Assembly (NCBI GenBank): GCA_030390025.1
Contig: CM059432.1
Coordinates: 29,266,001-29,330,000, forward strand
Length of the DNA stretch: 64,000 nt
Source: Squalus acanthias
Taxonomy: Eukaryota
Reading direction: 5' to 3'
The translations under genes were made by a program, and so were the position numbers. The first letter of the stretch is position 1, and the number at the start of each line of letters is the position of its first letter. Under the pieces are notes generated by a model. It was not told the DNA's origin and did not search any database. It saw nothing but the letters and a program-made list of their open reading frames with translations. Positions 25,031 to 34,493 of this stretch are shown here, piece after piece.

Positions 25031-25348
25031 CGCAAGAGTGAGCCCTGTCTAATCTCTGTGAGCTCTGTCTGGAGCCTGGCAATCAAAACGAATGGCTCGA
25101 ATTACACATTGCAAAGTACTTGACTACTTAGGTAGGCAGGATCTAATTACACATTCAGATAAACTGCTGGGTGTGTCTTGTCCTCCAAGGGTGCCAGTCA
25201 GAAATCTGGTGTTTCAAATAGTGACCATAAATATTGGCCAGGAAAACAGGGAGAATTCCCCTGCTCTTCTTCGAAATAGTGTCATGGGATCTTTTACATC
25301 CACCTGAGAGAGCAGATGGAGTCTCGGTTTAATGTCTCATTCGAAAGA

Positions 25349-25674
25349 GGTCATGATGTGGAGATGCCGGCGTTGGACTGGGGTGGACAAAAATGAGAAG
25401 TCGCACAACACCAGGTTATAGTCCAACAGATTTATTTAATTTTACAAGCTTTCGGAGCTGTCGCTCCTTCTTCAGATAGGGTAGCTGTGAGAGAATCTCC
25501 CAGAATTCACAATATAAACACAGAAAAAATGTACATTTTTTCTGTGTTTATATTGTGAATTCTGGGAGATTCTCTCACAGCTACCCTATCTGAAGAAGGA
25601 GCGACAGCTCCGAAAGCTTGTAAAATTAAATAAATCTGTTGGACTATAACCTGGTGTTGTGCGACTTCTCATTT
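25349..25674. mobile_element. Penelope-like terminal insertion forming a perfect palindrome
   Basis: 12-bp TSD TCATTCGAAAGA (25337-25348 and 25675-25686), an inverted repeat at 25390-25675, and a hammerhead-like motif. Confidence 0.8.
25587..25622 (+). ncRNA. Minimal hammerhead ribozyme-like motif (mirror copy on the - strand at 25443-25478)
   Basis: UAU-CUGAAGA-a-GGAGC(gaca)GCUCC-GAA-AGCU-U-GUA: conserved core boxes, 5-bp stem II, palindromic AGCU in place of stem III, and a 3-bp stem I. Confidence 0.6.
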
Positions 25675-26455
25675 TCATTCGAAAGACACCACCTCCGACA
25701 ATGCAGCACTCCTTCAGTACTGCACTAGAATGTCAGCCTAGATTTTGCGCTCAAATCTCTGGAGGGAGACTTGAACCCACAACTTTCCGACTCAGAGGTG
25801 AGAGTGCTACCACAGAGCCAACAAAGGTCACCAAAGCGTTGTAATGAGTAGGGGAAAAAAAATGAGTTATATCAAAAGGTAATGCATCAATAACTCAGAG
25901 TGCACTGGACTCTGTTCTCTGTGAAGGCAGGAAATGTGAGGGAATAAAAGAGGGTATCAATATTAGAGTAAGCCCTGCAGGAACTTTTCATGTACAGTGA
26001 CCCAGCGCAAGATCAGCACCTCTCCATATGGGCCGATGATACCACTGCCTGGCACCATTGCATATAATCAGCCTCACATTGCGTTCAAGTGATGCTGTAA
26101 TTGTTCCCTGGCAGGAGATAGCCTCCGACAGGGGATGTGACCCGAGTTAATCTTCCATTCTCTGCAGAGCTCAAACTGAATCTTGTATTCAAACAGATCA
26201 ATAGAGGCATAAAAACAAGATAAAGTATCAATTAGGACATATATGTGCATTAGTGTGGTGGATGTGGGGGGAGGGGAGGGGCCCCATTTCCTATAATTAC
26301 TGTGATGGACCTGTCAGTCTTCTGCAGATTTGTGGTAATAGTAACAAAGGACCTTCTTGTGTTTAAGTTGTTGTACTTAAATACGCAGTAGAATAGGGAT
26401 GCCTTGGGCTAATCCTGAAGAAATGCCCCCTTCTGTCCACTGGTTTCTGCTACAG

Positions 26456-26494
26456 GCGGAATATCAGACAATGAAGCTGTGCATTAGCACACCA
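26456..26494 (+). other. Candidate 39-nt frame-preserving exon (AEYQTMKLCISTP)
   Basis: Branch-like gctaat at 26408, pyrimidine tract, tttctgctacAG acceptor and GTAAGT donor. Only phase 0 is stop-free. Confidence 0.45.
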
Positions 26495-26643
26495 GTAAGT
26501 GGCGCCGCAGAGTGACGTGACCCAGCTTTAACCATCGTGTTACCTGCTGCACCGAGGAGGAGGCTCCCAAACATGTGCCTCTGTCCCAATTATACACCTC
26601 AGCTCCGGCCTCAGAACATCACACCCTGCCAAACCAGTGTGAG

Positions 26644-27172
26644 GGGTAGAAATTGGTTATCGTTGTTCCTGTTTTCCAACGATTTTCTCGGAAGAGTTTC
26701 AGGATTGGAAAAGCCACCTAAAATGGGCACTAGGATCTTGTCATATGCTAATGAGGGGCCTAACACCTGTTCTAAGAACCCTCTGCGAAATTGGGCTGCC
26801 CTGAGGGGATCCACTCAGGTTTTTCTGGTGTGGGTGCGGCCGACAACGAAAAGGTAAGTTTTGATTTTTTTTAAATTCATGTGGAGCAAGGTGGAGCAGA
26901 AATACTCCACGTAGCACCACAGCACTCCTGATGGTCATGATCACCCACCCCCTTCCCTCTATCATCCCTCCGGCACTTACCTGATGGGCAGCCAGCCCGT
27001 AATTAGAATCACCATTCGAATCACCACCTGTGGAGGCATGACAAGCACTGTATTTTTTAGATGAGGCCTTCGCTCCAATTTCAGGCAGGGCTCGGTCCTC
27101 ACGGTTCGGGCGCACTTTGCAGACGAATCACCACCTTCACGCTTGAACCCGGGCACCAACAAATTTCTGCCC
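26644..27172. mobile_element. GC-rich MITE (Harbinger-type TIRs)
   Basis: TIRs gggtagaaatt and aatttctgccc. Confidence 0.7.
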
Positions 27173-27839
27173 CTGAATTTTTCCACTTCCCACGCCTTCG
27201 ATGTTTGTGGACGTCGAGTCAATATGTTCCGAATTGAGTTCTGGACAGTTATGTGCTATGGTCTCATACCCATGAAGAATTGGGCTGAGACTCCTTCATG
27301 CTCATTTTTTGCATGATGCTATCAGCCAGCAAGAAGAGATGTTCATCCCATTAATATGGGTTGGAGACAAACCCAAATGAAAGAAAGTCTAGCTCCCTGC
27401 ACCAATCTCTCCCCCCACCACCCCATAATTTTTATTTGTTGGTTGATTTTGAAAGTAGGGCAAACCCCCTACCCCACCACCCCCCCCCCAATCCCAACCC
27501 CACCGAACCAATGCCACCTCTACCATATTTTAGATTGGTTGTCCGATTACTCATTTATGCTTTTCTATTATGAATAACACTCTACCAATGGAACGTTTTA
27601 CCCATGGAGGCAGCCACACTACAGGATCTGGGCTCTGATTTGTCTCGGGCTTATGCATTTTTAATAGTTCAAAAATCTATCCACCCATCCATAAAAACTT
27701 CTTTAACCCATTATTCGATTACATGCACACCCACCTACAAAATTGAAAAAGAAGCCCATTTCGTCAAGTCTACCAAATAAGTTAAATTCCTCTTTAATAA
27801 TGTGGATTGTAGGATCCCACAATCAGCACCAAATAAAAC

Positions 27840-28000
27840 AGATTCATCTCATTTGCTGTTTAAAGGATCCAGACATATAAAAATGCACAAATTATTTTGC
27901 CTACTTAACAACAGTGATTGAACTTCAAAAAAGTAACTAATTGTCTGTGAAGTGCTTTGGGACATTCTGAGGTCATGAAAAGCCCGCTATAAATGCAAAT
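27840..28000 (+). mobile_element. Degenerate Deu-SINE 3' part
   Basis: aacaacagtgattgaacttcaaaa...gtgaagtgctttgggacattctgaggtcatgaaaa...ctataaatgcaa. Confidence 0.7.
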
Positions 28001-28019
28001 GCCAGAGCCTGACCTAAAG

Positions 28020-28398
28020 AAGCAAAGACTTGCATTTAAATAGTGCCTTTCACAACATCCCAAAGTGCTTTACAGCTAATGAAGTACCTTGTTGAAGTGT
28101 AATCACTGATGTAATGTAGGAAGCCCATAATAATGTGATGATGACCAGATAATCTGCTTTAGTAATGTTGGCTTAAAGATAAATATTGGCCAAGACACCA
28201 GGAACAACTCTGCTGCTCTTCTTTGAAATACTGCCATGGGATCTTTTACATCTACCTGAGAGGGCTTTGGTTTAACATTTCATCTGAACAGTAGTGCAGC
28301 ACTTCCTCAGTACTCACACTGGAGTGTCAGCCTAGATCACATGCTCAAGTGAAATGTAAACCCATAACCTTCTGACACAGAGGTGAGAGTACTACCAC
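28020..28398 (-). mobile_element. SacSINE1-like Deu-SINE whose head continues at 32720-32750
   Basis: Collinear with 40008-40452. The head (ctgagtcacagctga) is displaced by the Tx1 insertion. Confidence 0.85.
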
Positions 28399-28610
28399 TT
28401 TTTAAAATTTTTATTTTTTTATTAAACATTAAAAACATTTACAACATTGTGATCATTCCATTGTATCATACAAATCCATTCCAACGTTCTGCACTGCCAT
28501 TCCTCTACCACATATTAACATCAAAATCTGAAGTTTAATTGGTCTCCCATAATATATACTAATCTATTGTACTTTAAAAATTGATCAGTAATCATGGCTC
28601 CAAATAAGGG

Positions 28611-30057
28611 TGTAAAGGAATGAGCCATACCTATTCAGAAAAATACACCATCCTATGAACAGAATTCTGACTTTATTAAAATATGACAAACTGGGTTTAA
28701 AAATCTAAAAGCCTCAACAACACAAAGCTGTAAATATAGGCTTCTGAGATAAGATGAGTCACAAAGCTGTAAACACCATACAAGCTTTTGAAATGGGAAT
28801 TGGTTGTTGACACTGAGACAATGGCCCTATTGAAGCAAAGGGTTGGAGTTTCCAAGAAGTCTGCAGTTTGGAAAGAACACAATAGCTATACCCAGTTTAA
28901 AGTGTTATAAACTAACACTTCGAACAGAAACACAGAACATTAAAGAAACATGTGCCTTTGTAAAAATATGACATCAAATGAAAAACAGGAGACATAAGTC
29001 TGTAATACAACCAATTGAAATAGCTAAGAAAACAATCATGTACTCGGTTGAAGTGGGTTTAAATTTACATGTTGTAAAAGATACAAACAAAAGACTTTGT
29101 AAATATGACATCAATAGATGCACCAAGCAATCACATGGTTTTTGTATTGAACTTGGAACAGTTAGGAGACGCGAAGACTGGCTTACAACCAGCTGAGGTG
29201 ATTTAAGAATTGAATAGAAGACCTTCGTAAAAATGGCATCAAGTAGATACATCTGTTATAACCATTTTTTATGATAAGTTATGAACACCTACACAGCAGA
29301 CACAAGTCTGCAAGTTAACAGCTGAACTGACAGTAAGAATAGAAAGAAGTCAACCGAAATATGACTAGAGATAATTAGCTTACATCAGCAGAAAACTTCA
29401 AAGGATATACCACTGAAAAAAGAGTATAAAAGATAGGATTTTCAAATGGGAAAGCAGAAGTTGCTGGAAGGGGCAAGCAATTCTCAACTTCAGAGGCAAG
29501 CTCTGTAAGTTTTCAACTCTTTGAGTCTCGGGTGATCAAAGGTACTTTTATTTGATTTTGGTGGATATTCTGGATTAAGAATAAGTAGAAATATAAAAAT
29601 GTAACGAAGTTAAGATTTGAGAATAAGGATCTCTGAGAAGAATTGTAAGCTATTTGTATTTTGAACTGTTAAAGCTGCAATTGACTCACCAGCTGCCGGT
29701 TCTTTAATAAATCTATATATTTTTAGAATTGTCTCAAATAGTATTTCTGTATCAAACTCATGAACTCAATCTCTGTACACTCTTTGGTGAGGAGTTGCAG
29801 AATTCTGGGGGAGTTTTCTGGACCCTCATAATATCCGGAAGGTTACAGTCTAGTTAAACTTATTAAAAGTGCTATCTGGAGGACGGTAACATCTTAAAGT
29901 TGTTTCTTTCCTTTAGGGAGAGATAGTCTGACCTTTAGACACAATTAAGCATCTCTAGGATTCAGCTATCTCTAACTTTAGTTGAAGGTGAACGTCTGGG
30001 GAATACGCCTGATCTGGGGTAGCCCGAAAAGGGCTTGGACTAGTAATTATCCCTTCA
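28611..30057 (+). mobile_element. Solo LTR, 1447 bp (copy 2)
   Basis: TGTAAAGG...CCCTTCA with TSD AGGG (28607-28610 and 30058-30061). TATAAAA at 29425 and AATAAA at 29706 set the orientation. Confidence 0.9.
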
Positions 30058-30085
30058 AGGGAAGTGTGCTTGATAATCCCCCCCA

Positions 30086-32583
30086 TCATTGAATCTCCAT
30101 CCCTTCCTTTCTCTCATGCTCCTTCCCAACTTTTCGGCCAGCTGTTGCTTTCTCCTGCAGCCTCCAGCTCTTTTTTACCTCCTGTTTGAACCTTCCCTGC
30201 AGTTTCAGCCTCTTCCTTACATTAGGTTTGGGCCGAGGAGCTGCCCCTTCTCCCTCCTTCTGCCCCTCACTAACTTTTCCCTTTCCACACGATGCCACCC
30301 CACCCCGCACTTCCACGTCTCTGTCCCCCTCTGACTCCTCACTCTCGAGTTCTTCTGTAACTTCCCGTCCCTACTCCCCGTCAGATACAAAGGGGGGGAA
30401 TCTTCCCAGCCCTGGGGAGGCAGGTATGGAAGTGGGACGGCCGGGAAAATGGCAGAAACTGGGAGTGGGTACCGAACCTGCTCTCAACCCGCCTCTGTGC
30501 CATCTTTCCAGGAGGCGGGTCCCCGACTCGCGCAGGGACCCGTCTCCTCGAGGTGGGAAGGGGATTAGAGCCAATTAACTGCCTGTTAACAGATAGTTAA
30601 CAGGCAGTTTTGAGGCATATCCCCATTTTACCCCTGCAAGTGCGGGCTTTCCGACAGCTGCGAACCTCGCCAGGGTCAGCGAGGCGAGCAGTGGGTCTGC
30701 GCGGGTGAGAGAGATCGAAAAGTCCGCTGTGGAGGTGAGTGATGGGTGCAAGTGTGGAGAGGTAAGTATGAGAGGTGAGTGTAAAGTGTTAGAAAAAGTT
30801 TACTTACCTTTGCTTCTTCCTGCAGGCTTCAACCCTTGGGAATCCGGAGGTGCCTCATCTCAACAGCAGAGCTGACAGAATGGCTGCTGCATTCTCAGAT
30901 GCAGCAGCCATCTGATTTCTGCTGAGGAAAGATATTTTGGTGAGCCTTCAGTGCAAGGGCTCACCTTAGAACAGAGATTGTCAGTGTTTGACAGCTTCTC
31001 AAAGCTGTCAAATGCTGACAATTCATCTGTCAAAAATTTTCGACAGATGAAACGTCATACGCTGACGTCCTCTGTCACCGGCTTTCCCTTAATTGGCTGG
31101 CTAAGCCCGCAGGTCAGGCTTAACAAGGTCATTCAAGAGAAAATAGCGAGGGTTGGCCGGATATCGTTGGGAGCAGGACTGAAACCCAACAACCAGCAGT
31201 CCCGCCCCCAACGCACCCCCATTGACAAAATCCAGCTCATAATCTCCCTTAGGGAGTTTTCCTGCTATCACGGTTTCTCCAGTAGTGCCACTCCCTTCGG
31301 CCTCATTTCCACCGCTGACCCTTGCTCCCCGTTTCTTCTCTCTCTGGGACAATGGCGCATCTGCACCTAACTTGCTCCCTTCTGGCATCTTTGTCTCCTC
31401 ACTTCCATCCTGCTGCCCCTTTAAGGCTCCTGCCTCTTGTACGCTCTCCTTGTCTTGCCCCCTCCTGCTCCCTGAGATGTCCGACTCCCCGTCTTTCTTT
31501 GGAGTACTTACACTTACCCCGCACCCCGTTCCCACCTCCTTCCCCCGCGGACACCAGATTCTTTAGGGAGAGCCGAGCTGTAATATGGCTCGACTCTGCA
31601 CTTGACCCATGCTTCACGCTGCTGCCTTTGTCCTTTTCCACCGTATTTAGTGCACTTTCCACCATTTCCATCCTGTTCTCTTCTCCGCAATTTTTTGCCT
31701 CTTCCTGCACTCTTTTCTCCTTCCATTCATCAGCTGTGTCCTCCGCCTGCTCCGCTCCTCCAGCCACTCCACTCAAACCTCCTGCTCCTTCTCCTTCTCT
31801 CATCTCCTTGTCACTCAAGGGGCGTCCTTCTGCCACACATTCACAGTGGGTGGGGCCTTTGTGACACACCCCTCAGCTCTCCGCCTTGTAGCTCCGAGCG
31901 ATATGTCCAGACTCACCACAGTTATAACAGTACAAGTCTGGACAGCTTCTTACAAGATGGTCGTGTCCAAGACAATAACAACAAACCTTCACCTGGTTAT
32001 CATGCAGTACCCGGAAGTACTGCACTCCTTCCATTGTCAAAGTTCATACATTACTGCAATGACTTCACCCCCTCTGGAAACCGCACCTTTACATAATGGG
32101 TTCCATCTGCTACCCGCGTTCCTGGATAGTATCTCCTCTTTATTGCTGAGCAAATTTTAATGTCCCACGACTCCAACTTTTTTATTAGCATCATCCTCAA
32201 TATAAACCGACAGGTTTAAGAATGAGACCACCACCTCTTCAGAATATAGCAGAGATACCTCCAAGAACTTATCTCCAACCTTCAAACTCAGTAAAAGTCT
32301 TTCCACCTCATCTCGGCCACTGACCGTCACCTCGAACCCAACATTCGGCTGACAAAGCAGCTTCCCTCGCCGCAGTCCTCCTGCACCGCCTGGATAATAT
32401 CCCAAGCTCGTATCTCCTTATCCTCGCACTGAACCACCACCATGTTTTCTTTTCCAACCCTCCTGGGGTCCCGGCCCAAAACCTTTTTTTCTCCCTTCTC
32501 CCAACATTTTCTCCCCTGATTAAATTCATCCTGGGAACATTGTCCTCTGAGGGGCCTGGCACTCCGGGCCCCTCAGCAGCCAT
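30086..32583 (-). pseudogene. Tx1-type ORF1 (gag-like CCHC zinc-knuckle protein), disrupted
   Basis: Hand translation across frameshifts: VVVSFLNLSVYIEDD, IKRRYYPGTRVADGTHYVKVRFP, QYFRVLHDNQVKVCCYCLGHDHLVRSCPDLYCYNCGESGHIARS, GVCHKGPTHCEC, an acidic tail, and a basic RPKPNVRKRLK end. Confidence 0.85.
30391..31238. mobile_element. GC-rich MITE-like insertion within Tx1 ORF1 (ends approximate)
   Basis: Starts gggggggaatcttccc and ends aaaatccagctc. It breaks the pyrimidine-rich ORF1 tract. Confidence 0.5.
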
Positions 32584-33759
32584 CTGGCTGCTGTTTAAAA
32601 GCCGAAAAGGTCCTAAAACCTGAAAAAAAAACACCACCAATTTTTTACAAACTCACTCCAACTCCCTGCAGTAATCAAGCACCCAGCAGCACCTGCTCAC
32701 TCCCAGCCCCTCCCACCTAGAGAGTGCTACCCACTGAGTCACAGCTGATATCTAACAGGAGTGCAGACAAACTATACCCCCAGGCCAGTAATGACAAAAG
32801 AAAGGGGACATATGTTACAATGCTGGCTCCCCAACACACTTTTAAACAGTTTACATTGCAAAATGTATGAGACTGAGAGAGAAGGTGGAACAGAGATAAC
32901 AGCAGAAGAGAACCAAACCTGAACTTTGAGGAGGGCTGCTCATTTCTCTTTACCTGCTACATGATGCTTTGATATGCCAGCATTCCCAGAGGGGAGTCAA
33001 TAGCCTGTGATGCGTGAGCCTTTTTCCAGGTGGGACCTGCTCCCTTGAATATCTGTGCCATCGTGTGATGAAACAATAAAGTAATCTTGAGGTGCTGCAA
33101 GTGGAAGGACCACATACACATTCAAAGGCATGCGCCCAAGCTGCAGGCCAACCTGTGTGTCAGTAAGTGATCACGTATCATGTATCAAGATTTGACGTAA
33201 GAAGCCTTGTAATATATGAATATGCCAAAGTTTTCAATTGTCCATTGCATCTTGGATTTTGCCTTACAAGGTATGAGCTGCTGTAAAGTTATGTGAGAGC
33301 TTGGTAGGGCAACCAGTAAATGGGGCAGACTGACGGGAAAAATTTTGAGGTGTGCAATCTTGAGCATCTATCTGGTACATGGTACTGTTGCCGTACTTTG
33401 CCATATTCCTTAAAGTGGACTGTCTTCTCCCACATCTGTTCCCATGTCCTACAGAGACTATAGTTGAGTTTGACTCCCATATCCTACTAGTTATGATGTA
33501 CTTCCATCCTTTGAGGACAGTGTCCTGGTGGTCCAAAAAGGAAAACCCCTCCAGACAACCACTCCATGCAGCAGTATGACCACTTTGCCAGCAATCAAAC
33601 AGGGGATCAGTAGCAGCACTGGTCCACCACTTTCCAACATTTCACGTTGGATTTTCTGTCCTTTCAATCCCGCCCGTCACTTCTTCCTCCCATATTCTCC
33701 GTACAGTCATTGTGAAAGCTGAAAACTTATCGAAAGAATTTTTGAGTCTTTAAAAATGA

Positions 33760-33920
33760 GCGTAGGAAAAGGAGTAGGCCATTCAGCCCCTCAAGCCTGT
33801 TCCTCCATTCAAATACTCACGGCTGATTTGTATCGTAACTCCATTTACCTGTGTTAGTTCCGTAACCCTTAACACCCTTGTATAACAAAAATCTATCAAT
33901 CTCAGTTTTGAAATTTTCAC
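33760..33920 (-). mobile_element. CR1 3' tail fragment
   Basis: ggagtaggccattcagcccctcaagcctgttcctccattcaa is the reverse complement of a CR1 tail. Confidence 0.8.
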
Positions 33921-34493
33921 CTCCATAACATCGCCCGTCTCCACCCTTGCCTCAGCTCATCTGCTGCTCAAACCCTCATCCATGCCTTTGTTACCTCTAG
34001 TCTTGACTATTCCAATGCACTCCTAGCTGGTCTCTCACATTCTACCCTACGTAAACTTGAGGTTATCCAAATCTCGGCTGCCCATGTCCTAACTCGCACC
34101 AAGTCCCGTTCACCCATCACCCCTGTGCTCGCTGACCTACATTGGCTTCCCGTTAAGCAACGCCTCGATTTCAAAATTCTCATCCTTGTTTTCAAATCCC
34201 TCCATGGCCTCGCCCCTCCCTATCTCTGTAATCTCCTTCAGACCCACAGCCCCCTGAGATATCTGCACTCCTCTAATTCTGCCCTCTTGAGTATCCCTGA
34301 TTATAATCGCTCAACCATTGGTGGCCGTGCCTTCTGTTGCCTAGGCCCTAAGCTCTGGAATTCCCTGCCTAAACTTCCCCACCTCGTTACCTCTCTTTCC
34401 TCCTTTAAGACGCTCCTTAAAACCTACCTCTTTTACCAAGCTTTTGGTCACCTGCCCTAATTTCTCCTTATGTGGCTCGGTGTCAAATTTTTT

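Larger units (their letters stand above)
20837..25226. mobile_element. Unclassified insertion with a 9-bp TSD; hosts the nested CR1
   Basis: ATAAATATT at 20828-20836 and 25227-25235. Weak subterminal inverted match gtgattatttg / caaatagtgac. Contains GA-rich and ggtcaggaac tandem tracts. Confidence 0.65.
20003..25822 (-). mobile_element. One SacSINE1-like Deu-SINE split by three independent insertions
   Basis: Pieces 20003-20174, 20801-20836, 25236-25348 and 25687-25822 join into a SINE collinear with 40008-40452. Confidence 0.88.
28399..32719 (-). mobile_element. Tx1/L1-clade element with ORF1 only (ORF2 almost wholly absent); contains a nested solo LTR and a MITE
   Basis: A-rich tail at 28399-28425, TSD gagagtactaccac / gagagtgctacccac, and ORF1 zinc knuckles. 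Confidence 0.82.

Noticed and set aside
1687..30057. The two LTRs as the ends of one 28-kb provirus or inverted-repeat transposon
   Set aside because: They are inverted, each has its own distinct TSD, and no gag/pol lies between them.
33264..33536. 90-aa minus-strand ORF in unique sequence
   Set aside because: No recognisable motif and no convincing splice sites.
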